Positions 1 through 9,473 of a DNA stretch of 64,000 nt are shown in pieces. Source of the stretch: Candidatus Binatia bacterium (GTDB taxonomy: Bacteria > Desulfobacterota > Binatia > UBA9968 > CAXXLF01); NCBI GenBank assembly GCA_963664015.2, contig CAXXLF010000002.1, positions 288,001-352,000 of the forward strand, read 5' to 3'. How positions within the stretch are numbered: the first letter of the stretch is position 1; each line of letters begins with the position of its first letter. The notes under the pieces are model-generated. The model was not told the DNA's origin, ran no database searches, and saw only the letters and a program-made list of their open reading frames with translations. The position numbers were made by a program, and so were the translations under genes.

Positions 1-10
1 AAGATCCTAG

Positions 11-68
11 GCCGAAAAATTACATAAGCGGACCGGCTGAAGCCGCCCGCTTATGCCAGAGATTAGGG
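11..68 (+). other. degenerate attC-like (59-base element) site
   Basis: GCCGAAA...CATAAGCGG-AC-CGGC-TGAA-GCCG-C-CCGCTTATG...ATTAGGG forms a 58 bp imperfect palindrome with an attC layout. Both end boxes deviate from AAC/GTT. Confidence 0.35.
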
Positions 69-283
69 TCCCTGCCTATTATTATCCCAGAACACACTTA
101 AACGACGCTTCAAATGAGTGTTGTAGAACTCGGTTTAAGGACAATTCAATCCGATTTAAGTGGTGAGGGAATCAGGCAACAAAAGATTTCACCGTCCCCC
201 AAAACATATCAACTAACAACCATAGATCTGAGCTCTTTACTTCGCGAAAGGACTTTTCCTCGGTTCAATGTTTTCAATCAAAA

Positions 284-1465
284 TTAGTTTGTTCTACGAT
301 ACTCTTTACCGAAGAGACCGAAAAGCACCAAACCTAAAGATACAAGCGCAGCTGACACAAGGTACATCGCAGAGAAGTTTCCATCCAACAGGTCCAGCAA
401 ACTACCCAGCGTGATCGCGCCCAGCACGTTTCCCAAGCTGTGAAAGGTCTGAAACTGAGCCATGGAGAGACCCCGCCGCCCAGCAGGGACTTGATCAATG
501 GCCAATGTCATCAGACCTGGATTTGCAAAGGCTAGTCCTAATCCATTGATGGCTGCAGCAATGAGTAGAATAGAGGTGGATGGAGCCAGTGCCACGAGCA
601 CAAGACCGCAAAGGATGAGCGTATAACCCGGGAGGATGACCGCTCGACGGCTAAAGCGGTCTAAAAGAGGACCAGCAATTGGCCGGCTAAGCAGGACAAC
701 GATCCCTTCCGTAGCAAAATACAGTGCCGGATTGCCGAGATCCTGCTGCAGCATGTAAAGGGGAATGTATGTCGCAACACCGGTATGCCCAAGGGCAATG
801 AAGGACATTGTCATTGCCGGCAGAAGGGACTCCCGGATAAAGAGGAGATCCAACCAACTCCTGTGACGTTTTTCATGGGAGGAAGGCACGTGAGGATCTT
901 TTATCGGAATCGAGAAGACAACGCTTAAAGAGATCATACAGAATACGGTTAGAAACATTCCGTGAAATCCAAAGCGGTCGTAGGCCGCAAAACCTGCAAT
1001 GGGGCCCAACGTTGTGCCCAAGTTGCTCGCAAGACCCGCATAGGAGATCATGGTTCCCCGTTTATGACTTGGAGCAATGTCGGCGGTCAAAGTGCTGGCG
1101 GCTGTGGTGCAGCTCGACCACCCCAGGCCCTGCAGAATCCGAAAGGCCACGAGGACAATAATGCCAGGGGCCCACGCATAGCCCAGAGTCGAGACGCCAA
1201 AGATTCCTATCCCGAGAAGAAGAAATTTCCTACGCCCCGAACGGTCGATAAGCACTCCCACAAACGGACGGCTTACCATCGCTGTCACGCTAAGGGAGGC
1301 CATGACTAAGCCAATGAGACTCCCTGACGCTCCCAGGCTTGCCAGATAGACTGGAAAAACCGGTTGCATCTGACTGAAAGAAAAGAAGATAAAAAATCGC
1401 GAGATGGAGAGCAGAACAAAGTCCCGCAGCCAGTTCGTTCCCTGCGCGTTCTCTGGTTCAATCAT
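284..1465 (-). CDS. MFS transporter
   Basis: 393 aa, about 12 hydrophobic segments, motif A GVLIDRSGRR repeated as GPLLDRFSRR. Confidence 0.92.
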   Translation of the reverse strand: MIEPENAQGTNWLRDFVLLSISRFFIFFSFSQMQPVFPVYLASLGASGSLIGLVMASLSVTAMVSRPFVGVLIDRSGRRKFLLLGIGIFGVSTLGYAWAPGIIVLVAFRILQGLGWSSCTTAASTLTADIAPSHKRGTMISYAGLASNLGTTLGPIAGFAAYDRFGFHGMFLTVFCMISLSVVFSIPIKDPHVPSSHEKRHRSWLDLLFIRESLLPAMTMSFIALGHTGVATYIPLYMLQQDLGNPALYFATEGIVVLLSRPIAGPLLDRFSRRAVILPGYTLILCGLVLVALAPSTSILLIAAAINGLGLAFANPGLMTLAIDQVPAGRRGLSMAQFQTFHSLGNVLGAITLGSLLDLLDGNFSAMYLVSAALVSLGLVLFGLFGKEYRRTN

Positions 1466-1641
1466 TAGGATCTACGTTTGGTTAGCCCCTGAACCTGCAA
1501 CACCTATAATACTAAGGAAGACCTCGTGCCACGGAATAGGGCGCCCCATTCCGTGCCGCTCGAGGCCTTTTTGACCGGGTCTCCGAATCGATTTGGGCGT
1601 CAAATCCTCGTGAACCCGCGTGTAGTCCCTGTAGTTTAAGA

Positions 1642-1899
1642 TCAGGCTTTCCTCTGCTTGAACCGCTGATGTAGCGATTCTATGATACCCGCGTCCACGG
1701 CGGCGATAATGTCCATTGCCCCATCGAGTTCCTCTTCGGTCATACCCGCTTTCCTTGCGTTCGCAAGGCGCCGTTCCACTCAAGGGTCGCAGTTTCGGCT
1801 CATGGCCACGGCAAGCCCCAGCAACATCTTCTCCCGGTCGGTCAAACAGGATATGTCATGGGCATCACGATAGAACAGACGAAAATCGGATCGTTGCAT
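1642..1899 (-). CDS. carboxymuconolactone decarboxylase/AhpD-like small protein with CxxU motif (predicted selenoprotein, 85 aa)
   Basis: ATG at 1899 follows a GGGGGA RBS. Translation: MQRSDFRLFYRDAHDISCLTDREKMLLGLAVAMSRNCDP-(TGA 1782-1780)-VERRLANARKAGMTEEELDGAMDIIAAVDAG...RKA. The CMD pattern (LTDREK.L..LAVA...CxxC...A.KAG.TEEE) continues across the TGA. Confidence 0.8.
1753..1768 (-). promoter_or_regulatory. candidate bacterial SECIS hairpin
   Basis: CCTTGC-GAAC-GCAAGG begins 11 nt after the in-frame TGA, and G is the first loop base. Confidence 0.65.
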
Positions 1900-1964
1900 A
1901 AGGATTCCCCCTACATTGCTCCTTTCCCCTACCTGTCCCCAAGCAGAAGAAAACCCCAAACGAA

Positions 1965-2590
1965 CATTAAGCCACCCAGTAGCCGCACCGAGTCCAGCTG
2001 ATGCGGTCACTGGCGGTAGAAGCACGCCACCACCACGGAACTCGTCCAGTTCCTCGGGCTGGCGGGCCTGGAGCCTCCAATCCGGGTACGTGAAGACGTT
2101 TACCGTCTTCAGAGGACCCAGTTTCCCCGAGCGGATGATACGTCGCATCTGCATCACCGGTGGGCTGAAACCGATCGTGTGACCATAGAGGAGTTTGACC
2201 CCGTTCTTGATTGCGGCCTCGGCCATTCGCTCGGCCTAATCCATATTCAGCGCCATGGGCTTTTCCGCCACCACATGCTTGCCCGCATTGGCTGCCAGCA
2301 CCGTGTGGGGGGCAGTGGAGATGATTGGGAGTCGATACCCACACAGCGTCCACATTTGGATCTGCACAAAGGCCTTCAGCCCTGTCGTGGATGCTGGCAT
2401 TGGGATACCTCACAGCAAAAGTCTCCCGGACCTTTGGGTTGATGTCAGCGCCGGCAACCAGCTCGACTTCAGGAAGCGACTCCATCTGCGGCATGATCTG
2501 CGTTGCGCCGACACCGATCCCGATAATCCCCATCTTCAAGACCCTGGCAGCGCCGGGGCCCGTGGACGCCGAAGGTTGGCCAGTCGTCAT
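1965..2590 (-). pseudogene. Gfo/Idh/MocA oxidoreductase (dihydrodiol dehydrogenase-like), disrupted and truncated
   Basis: GIIGIGVG N-terminus. Frameshift in a C-run near 2310, then KHVVAEKPMALNMD-TAG. A second shift near 2020 gives FYRQ-TGA-PHQLDSVRLLGG, after which homology ends. Paralog of 15675-16892. Confidence 0.88.
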
Positions 2591-2639
2591 TCAATCTCCT
2601 CAAATGGTTGGAAACAGGTTGATACCCCATGTGGGGCCA

Positions 2640-3779
2640 TCAACCAATCATGCCCGTGACTTCCTGGCTATCGCCCTCTTCCTCCCGGTACAGGCCCATA
2701 GACTTGATCACCGGCAGATCGCTCATGGAGAACAGGACAGCGTCATCGTCTTTCAGATTGCACCCATGTTCGTGAAAAACCCACGGTGGCAAGACGAAGG
2801 TGTCGCCCTTGGACCAGTCCAACCGCTTTCCATCGATAATGGAGTAACCGGAACCCTTTGCTGCGTGGTAAACCACGCTTGAAGTATGCCGGTGTATCTC
2901 CGTGTGGATACCTGCTTCCAGTCGCTGCAGCTTCAGAGCCAGGGTCGGCATGCTGTGACCGCCAGTTATCGGATTGGCGTACTCCATGATCACGCCGTCG
3001 AAACGGTCTTTCTCCCCGAAACCGCGCAGTGCCCCGTAAGCCTGGTCCCATTTATAGGTGATTGGCAGCGTACCACCAACGACATCCTTGAGATTGGCAC
3101 GCATAAGCCCATTGCCGATGGCCGCATTGGTATAGCCCACTGGCCTAGTGACAGGCTGGACCTCTGCGGGAAAGGGTTCCTGGAACATGGAATCAAAGAA
3201 TCCGACCATGGGTGCGTCAAGGCAATCCAACCAGATGACCGGTTTATCTTCGGGGTTGTTGTGGTCGTGCCAAGCCCAACTGGGGGTCAGCGTAAGATCA
3301 CCGGCCTCCATCAAAAAGCGTTCCCCGTCCTGCACGGTAAACGCCCCCTTACCTTCAATGACGAATCTGATCGCAGCCGCCGTATGCCGGTGGGCTTCGG
3401 CAATCTCACCGGGCCAGACGATCTGAATCGCCGCCGACATGGTTTTGGTGGCACCGGCCTCCGGATTCTTCAGTCCTGGATTACGCATCGTGAGTGCGCG
3501 GCGGTACCCCTTGCCCTTCAGGCTCTCCAGTTGTCCTGCCCGGTATGCGAGCTCACGCATCTTCTCCCAGCGCCAGACATAAGGCTCAAGTTTGGGTCGC
3601 TCGCCGCGCGCCATATGCCTTAGCCACAACGGGTTGATGTTCTCATCATCGAGGGTCTGATGGTAGGCCTTCTCGTTTTCTGAAATCAACGGGTTCGCCG
3701 CTATACCCTCGCTGATAACCACACCCCTATTCGATGTACCATTGGTCTGTACTGATTGAGATTGTTCTTTTTTCTGCAT
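2640..3779 (-). CDS. gentisate 1,2-dioxygenase-like bicupin ring-cleavage dioxygenase
   Basis: Motifs RRALTMRNPGL, AHRHTAAAIRF, TPSWAWHDH, WLDCLDAP, YANPITGG and HRHTSS. Confidence 0.88.
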   Translation of the reverse strand: MQKKEQSQSVQTNGTSNRGVVISEGIAANPLISENEKAYHQTLDDENINPLWLRHMARGERPKLEPYVWRWEKMRELAYRAGQLESLKGKGYRRALTMRNPGLKNPEAGATKTMSAAIQIVWPGEIAEAHRHTAAAIRFVIEGKGAFTVQDGERFLMEAGDLTLTPSWAWHDHNNPEDKPVIWLDCLDAPMVGFFDSMFQEPFPAEVQPVTRPVGYTNAAIGNGLMRANLKDVVGGTLPITYKWDQAYGALRGFGEKDRFDGVIMEYANPITGGHSMPTLALKLQRLEAGIHTEIHRHTSSVVYHAAKGSGYSIIDGKRLDWSKGDTFVLPPWVFHEHGCNLKDDDAVLFSMSDLPVIKSMGLYREEEGDSQEVTGMIG

Positions 3780-4144
3780 ACCTAACCTCCTCTCTCTGGT
3801 AGAGCATTATCGCAATGGAAGCTGTCTGGTCAATCTCAGACTCTACGAAATGAGTAAATTGTCAGATTGACAGCCACGAGCTCGCTTTGGTACCTCTAGG
3901 CGGGTCGAAAGAGGCCATGGATTCGATCTTTGGCCACCTTTACATGCTGGCCGGTAATAACATGAGTGTTTAATCGGCGGGAACATCGCTGGAATAAACA
4001 CCGCAGGCGAGCAGCCCTGGTGTTAGGCTATTTCCCTTGATAAGGTCCATTCAAGAGGCTGTTTTATAGGCCTGAGCTGAAGTATTTCACGGTCCAAGCC
4101 CATAGGCTAAAAATTATCTTCAAAAAAACTGGAGGACTAAAGCC

Positions 4145-4915
4145 ATGCGATTAGAGAACCGTGTTGGAATTGTTACAGGTGCAGGACGCAACATAGGAGA
4201 GGCAGTCGCCCATTCATTTGCAAAGGATGGCGCTAAGGTCGCCGTCGTCGATATCCGTGAGCAGCCCGCCAAGGCCGTCACCGACGCCATTAACGCAGCT
4301 CACCCCGGGGCGGCGCTTGCGGTAGCCGCCGATATGTCTTCCGGTACCGATGTTCAACGGATGGTATCATCGGTTGTGGAGCGCTGGGGCGGTATCGACA
4401 TTCTAGTAAACAACGTAGCTATCACGGATCATAAAACCGTGTTGGAGCTAGGCGAGGACGAATGGGATCAGGTCATTAAGGTCACCCTGAAAAGCCAGTT
4501 CCTGTGCACTAAGTACGTTGCTCAACGCATGGTTGAGCAGGGACGAGGAGGGAGGATCATCAATATCGCTTCTACTTCCGGCCACCGGGGCCGAGCTGAT
4601 GCCACTGCCTACACCGCGGCCAAGGGAGGAGTCCTCAACCTCACCCGATCTCTCGCCATTCAGCTTTCCCCTTATGGGATTCGTGTCAACTCGGTCACTC
4701 CCAACAGGATTGGATCGCCTGTGGGTCAAGAGACTATCGCGGGAGGGAACCGGGAGGTTTCCAACCTGGTGGGCCGACAAGGCATGCCGCCGGACATCGC
4801 AGCCGTTGTCAGTTTCCTGGCCTCAGATGAGGCCGATTTTATTGCGGCGACGGATTTCTTGGCGGACGGTGGTTCCCTCGCAGGGTCGGTACCAACCCCG
4901 CGACAATCAAGGTAA
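4145..4915 (+). CDS. SDR family NAD(P)-dependent oxidoreductase
   Basis: TGAGRNIG, NNVA and YTAAK; GGAGG RBS. Confidence 0.93.
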   Translation: MRLENRVGIVTGAGRNIGEAVAHSFAKDGAKVAVVDIREQPAKAVTDAINAAHPGAALAVAADMSSGTDVQRMVSSVVERWGGIDILVNNVAITDHKTVLELGEDEWDQVIKVTLKSQFLCTKYVAQRMVEQGRGGRIINIASTSGHRGRADATAYTAAKGGVLNLTRSLAIQLSPYGIRVNSVTPNRIGSPVGQETIAGGNREVSNLVGRQGMPPDIAAVVSFLASDEADFIAATDFLADGGSLAGSVPTPRQSR

Positions 4916-5029
4916 TTCCACACCGGCTGCCGGATTAGATTTTCGGTCTAATCACCCTTGACAACAACCTAATAATGGACTTACCTCGTAGGATTCAGCT
5001 AGGTCTCGATATAAGGGGGACGGGGAACC

Positions 5030-6085
5030 ATGAGAAAGACAACTAAATTCGCAATCCTTTTGTTCGTCCTTTTGGTCTATTTGCTGACTTCGGCTCCGGT
5101 ACCAGCCCAGCCACATTTCGAAGGTAAATCGATTACCCTGATTGTCGGGACCCAACCGGGAGGCCGAAGGGATCGAATTACCCGAACTACGGCCCAATAT
5201 CTTTCAAAGTACATTCCGGGCAATCCGACAATCCTGGTCCAGAATATACCGGGCGGGAAAGAGATCCCCTCACAGTTGAAAATTTTCAACGGAAACCCCG
5301 ATGGCTCCGTTATGAGTGTCATCACATCCAGTGCAACGGAGGCCCCCTATTTTGGCACCCCAGGGGCGAATTACGATCCCAGAAAATACGTTTATATTGG
5401 GGCCATCGGCACCGGCAAGAACCGCCAGACCCTCTTTACCCATAATCAATCAGGTTTCAAATCCATAGAGGATTTGAAATCACGCGAAGTGGTCCTGGGT
5501 GCCCACCGAGTGGGACATCGCGTGTATCTCAATGGCCGCTTGACCGCGGAAGTTCTGGGCCTGAAGGTCCGCTGGATTCTCGGCTATTCCACTCCGGAGC
5601 TCTACATCGCCATGGAGCGGGGGGAAATCGACGGTCGATTCAACGATGCGGCAAGCGCCATAAGAGATCGGCTAACCTGGTTTGATAAGGGCGAGGTGAC
5701 CTGCCAGGTGGCGACCACCCTTCCGGAAAAATTACCTCCAATAGATCACCCCCTATGTGCTAACGTGCCCTCTTTGATGCAATTCGCCAAGACGGACCTC
5801 CATCGCACCATTATTCGAAAACTCGACACGACTGACAAGTTGGGTGGTGCTTTCGCCTTTCCTCCGGGGACCCCCGTGCGTATTCAAAAGATCGCCGAGA
5901 AGGCACTCCTAAAACTACAAGATGATCCAAAATTTCGTCGAGCCTGGGAGAAGGAAGTCGGGATCAAGCCTTTTCAAGGAATTTTCTTGGCAGCCGAAAC
6001 CCTTGAGGCGGTGAAGGTCTATACGGACTGGAGACCTGAAGTGTTAGCGGCCTATCAGCGATTGGGCTATCAGGCACCCAAGTAA
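5030..6085 (+). CDS. Bug/TctC family tripartite tricarboxylate transporter solute-binding protein
   Basis: Signal peptide, VGTQPGG..D..TR...QYLSKYIPGNP.ILVQNIPGG and AMERGEIDG. Confidence 0.88.
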   Translation: MRKTTKFAILLFVLLVYLLTSAPVPAQPHFEGKSITLIVGTQPGGRRDRITRTTAQYLSKYIPGNPTILVQNIPGGKEIPSQLKIFNGNPDGSVMSVITSSATEAPYFGTPGANYDPRKYVYIGAIGTGKNRQTLFTHNQSGFKSIEDLKSREVVLGAHRVGHRVYLNGRLTAEVLGLKVRWILGYSTPELYIAMERGEIDGRFNDAASAIRDRLTWFDKGEVTCQVATTLPEKLPPIDHPLCANVPSLMQFAKTDLHRTIIRKLDTTDKLGGAFAFPPGTPVRIQKIAEKALLKLQDDPKFRRAWEKEVGIKPFQGIFLAAETLEAVKVYTDWRPEVLAAYQRLGYQAPK

Positions 6086-6138
6086 TGAGCAAGCTCACGA
6101 AAAAGTAATCAGCTAATAGGCCAGGAGATTAAAAATCA

Positions 6139-7215
6139 ATGGTAGCAATAAAACCCCCATGGGTCATCGCAACCTTCGGTATGGCCTCAATGGTCTTCGC
6201 GTTTCTTGGAACCACTCCCAAGAACCTTCAGGCTCAACTCTACTTTCAGGATAAAACCATCAGCATGGTCCTTGGAACCTCCCCGGGAAGCAGGAGGGAC
6301 CGGATAGCGCGGGTTACGGCCCAGTACCTCTCGCAATACATACCGGGAAAGCCAAATATTTTAGTGCAAAACATTCCCGGCGGTCAGGGCATTCCCGCAC
6401 AGAGAAAATTCAATAGAGGGAGGACCGATGGCACAATGATGGCCATCGTAACTTCCTCGGACATGGAGGCCCCGTTTTTTGGAACTCCCGGCGCCAACTA
6501 CAATCCCAAAGATTATGTATGGATAGGGGCACTGGGCACGGGCAAGCAACGAAATTTTCTCTTCACTAACAAAAAGGCTGGGTTCAAAACGCTGGAAGAC
6601 CTGAGGTCAAGGGAAGTTGCCCTGGGCGGAAGGACGGTTGGACACCGCGCCTACCTGTATGGCCGTTTAATTGCGGAGATTCTCGGCATGAATAAGATTC
6701 GCTGGGTTCTGGGGTACTCATCGCAGGAACTCTTCATTGCCATGGAGCGTGGAGAGGTGGACGGCAGGGTTAATGACGCCGCTACTGTATATAGGAATCG
6801 TCCGGACTGGTACGACAAAGGATTCATCGTCCCCCACATCGCCATGACACTCCCGGAGAATCTGCCTCCGGTGAACCACCCCCTGCTTGCCAACATACCT
6901 TCCATCATGCAATTCGCCAAGACGGATCTCCACCGGGACATCATCCGAAAGCTCAACACAACAGATAAATTGGGCGGCGCCGTTGCCTTTCCTCCCGGCA
7001 CACCGGACAATGTTAGGAGGATCGCCGAGAAGGCGCTTCTGAAGATGGGCAAGGATCCCATGTTTGTAAAGGCATGGGAAAAAGAAGTCGGTATACGGCC
7101 CTTTCAGGGAGCCTTTTCCGCAGCAGACGTTGAGGAATCGGTTCAAATCTACACGACCTGAAGCCCTGATGTCCTAAAGGCCTATAAGCGTCTGGGCTAT
7201 GAACCGCCTAAGTAA
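6139..7215 (+). pseudogene. Bug/TctC solute-binding protein with premature TGA 18 codons before the natural stop
   Basis: TGA at 7159-7161 sits where the paralogs have Trp (YTDW). The frame continues as SPDVLKAYKRLGYEPPK-TAA, matching the paralog C-termini. The product may still be partly functional. Confidence 0.65.
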
Positions 7216-7262
7216 TAATGACTAACTAGAAGCAGCACTATAACCATCCAAGGAGGGATCGA

Positions 7263-8324
7263 ATGACAACAAGGAAGCTTTTTCTCATCTTCACGGGTTT
7301 ATTGATAGGTCTGGGATCCGTAGGTATCCCGCGTACCGGCCACTCACAGCCTTATTACAAGGGCAAATCCATTACGATGATACTGGGGTCAGCGCCCGGC
7401 GGGCGCCGGGACCGGATCTCGAGGACAACCGCCCGGTTCCTTTCTAAATATATACCGGGCAATCCGAATATTCTGGTTCAAAATATACCCGGAGGAAAAG
7501 GCATTCCTGCCCAGCTCAGATTTTCCCGGGGCAAGACCGATGGGACCGTTTTGGGTTTGGTCGTTTCTGGTGACTTGGAAGCCCCCTATTTTGGTACGCC
7601 AGGTGCAAACTATAAACCTAGAGACTACGTATGGGTGGGAGCCATCGGTACCGGCAAACAGCGAAACGTTTTGTACACCCATAAACGAGCAGGGTTTAAC
7701 TCTCTTAAAGAGGTCAGGACACGGGAAATCGCAATAGGTGCGATCAATGTCGGACATCGTAGCTATCTCTACTCACGCCTGATAACGGAAATCCTCGGTC
7801 TCAATGTGCGCTGGGTACTCGGATACAGCACGCCCGAGCTTTACATTGCTATCGAGCGCGGTGAAGTTGACGGACGGGTCAACGACTCGGCTTCTATGTT
7901 TAGGGACCGGCCCGATTGGTTCGATAAACGTGAAATCGTTGCCCACGTGGCCATGACGCTACCGAAAAATTTACCGCCCATCGATCACCCGGTGGTTGCC
8001 AAGGTACCCTCCATCATGCAATTCGCCAAGACCGAGACCCACCGGGAAATTATCAAAAAGATAAATTCCACCGACCGGCTGGGTGGCGCGTTCGCCTTTC
8101 CTCCGGGAACCCCGGACCGATTCAGAAAGATCATGGAGAAGGCACTCCTAAATGCAGCAAAAGATCCCAAGTTCCGGCGTTTGTGGGAGATTGAAGTTGG
8201 AATCCGACCCTTCCAAGGCGCATTCGACACGGCAAATGTCGAAGCGGCCGTACGACTTTACACGGATTGGAAGCCTGAAGTCTTAAAATCCTACAAGCGC
8301 CTGGGGTATCAACCGCCTCAATAG
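7263..8324 (+). CDS. Bug/TctC solute-binding protein
   Basis: Signal peptide and clear paralogy to 5030-6085 (GSAPGG, IERGEVDGR). Confidence 0.88.
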   Translation: MTTRKLFLIFTGLLIGLGSVGIPRTGHSQPYYKGKSITMILGSAPGGRRDRISRTTARFLSKYIPGNPNILVQNIPGGKGIPAQLRFSRGKTDGTVLGLVVSGDLEAPYFGTPGANYKPRDYVWVGAIGTGKQRNVLYTHKRAGFNSLKEVRTREIAIGAINVGHRSYLYSRLITEILGLNVRWVLGYSTPELYIAIERGEVDGRVNDSASMFRDRPDWFDKREIVAHVAMTLPKNLPPIDHPVVAKVPSIMQFAKTETHREIIKKINSTDRLGGAFAFPPGTPDRFRKIMEKALLNAAKDPKFRRLWEIEVGIRPFQGAFDTANVEAAVRLYTDWKPEVLKSYKRLGYQPPQ

Positions 8325-8351
8325 TCATTCATCGTCAAGGAGCAATATTCG

Positions 8352-8903
8352 ATGATCGTTAACAGAGGTTCATTACCGGCACTTATGGCCATGGTCCTGG
8401 TTGGGGCCCTGACATGGAGTCCCGCCTCCAGCCAGGCGGAAACAAATTTCAGAGGATAGACATTCACGATGATCATCGGCTGGGACCCGGGCGGTCGTCT
8501 CGATCGTCAGGGTCGTACGGTGGCCCGATACCTGAAGAAATACCTGCCCGGCAACCCGGATTTTATCATTCAGAACATTCCCGCTGGGAAGGGACTGCTT
8601 GCAAACCAAAGATTCGTAAAAATCAAAGGCCAATGGCTTAACGATGATGATGCAAACCTCGCGTGATATTGAAACGGCATCTCTTGTTGTTCCAGAAGTG
8701 GACATCGACCCCTAAAGGTCGGGAAGGACCCCGAGTTTCACATGAAGGGGAGACGCTGGTACTGAGTGGAACGAAATTCGGAGGGGGTATATTCGGCTAA
8801 GGAAGTTGTTGATGCTGTACGTATTTACACTCAGTGGGAATCCGAGGTCTACAAGGCTTATCCGCGTTTAGGTTATCAGCCGCCAAAACGAACTCAGTCC
8901 TAA
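8352..8903 (+). pseudogene. fourth Bug/TctC copy, nonsense mutation plus large internal deletion
   Basis: Signal peptide, then NFRG-TAG-TFTMIIGWDPGG...KYLPGNPDFIIQNIPAG, then a jump to the C-terminal remnant AVRIYTQWESEVYKAYPRLGYQPPK. Confidence 0.85.
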
Positions 8904-8952
8904 GGATCGAACAGAATAGTAACCAGCAGGGGCCCCCCGCCGGATCAATATA

Positions 8953-9390
8953 TTACGACTCGACGACTTTTGCCGGGGTATTGCCGCCGCCGTCCTCGAA
9001 GGCAACCCTTTGCCCCGTAGAGGCATCGACTTCAGAGCGCATACCACCGACCTTCACATAGTCTTCCTTGGTCGGCTTGGAACTGTTACCCAAAAGGACC
9101 ATGGGCTCATCATACGGGTTCGACCCCTCGTAAAATTCCACTGCCGGGATGTTGATCAACATACCCTGGGAAATTTCATGGGTCTCGTTGGGTCCCTTTA
9201 GGATGCCCCGGCCCGTGATGACATAGTAGGTTCGGTCCGCAGGGTGGTTGTGCATCCGCTGCAAATCTCCCGGAGGGAAATACAACAGCCAGGAGGTCAA
9301 ATTGGGAGCCCTAAACAGGTCTGTCCTGCGGTTATCCCCACTGGGGGCCTCCTTGTTTTTGATGATATCCTGAACATCTTTAATCTTCAT
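8953..9390 (-). CDS. cupin domain protein
   Basis: PGDLQRMHNHPADRTYYVITGRG cupin motif 1; AGGAGG RBS. Confidence 0.8.
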   Translation of the reverse strand: MKIKDVQDIIKNKEAPSGDNRRTDLFRAPNLTSWLLYFPPGDLQRMHNHPADRTYYVITGRGILKGPNETHEISQGMLINIPAVEFYEGSNPYDEPMVLLGNSSKPTKEDYVKVGGMRSEVDASTGQRVAFEDGGGNTPAKVVES

Positions 9391-9473
9391 AACGCTCCTC
9401 CTTTCGTATCCTGAGAACTTTTACTATGAACAACAAAGCACCTATTTGGATTGTACTCGATAACAGAGCCCCC

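Noticed and set aside
1780-2226. 148 aa ORF as a single gene
   Set aside because: It is a chance in-frame join of a Gfo pseudogene fragment and the N-terminus of the CMD selenoprotein.
3966-4001. Hairpin in the SDR leader as a riboswitch
   Set aside because: A single stem with no recognisable aptamer consensus.
7159-7161. UGA-to-Trp genetic code reassignment suggested by a TGA at a conserved Trp
   Set aside because: Many intact genes end in TGA, Trp is encoded by TGG elsewhere, and TAG/TAA interruptions also occur. Ordinary nonsense mutation explains it.
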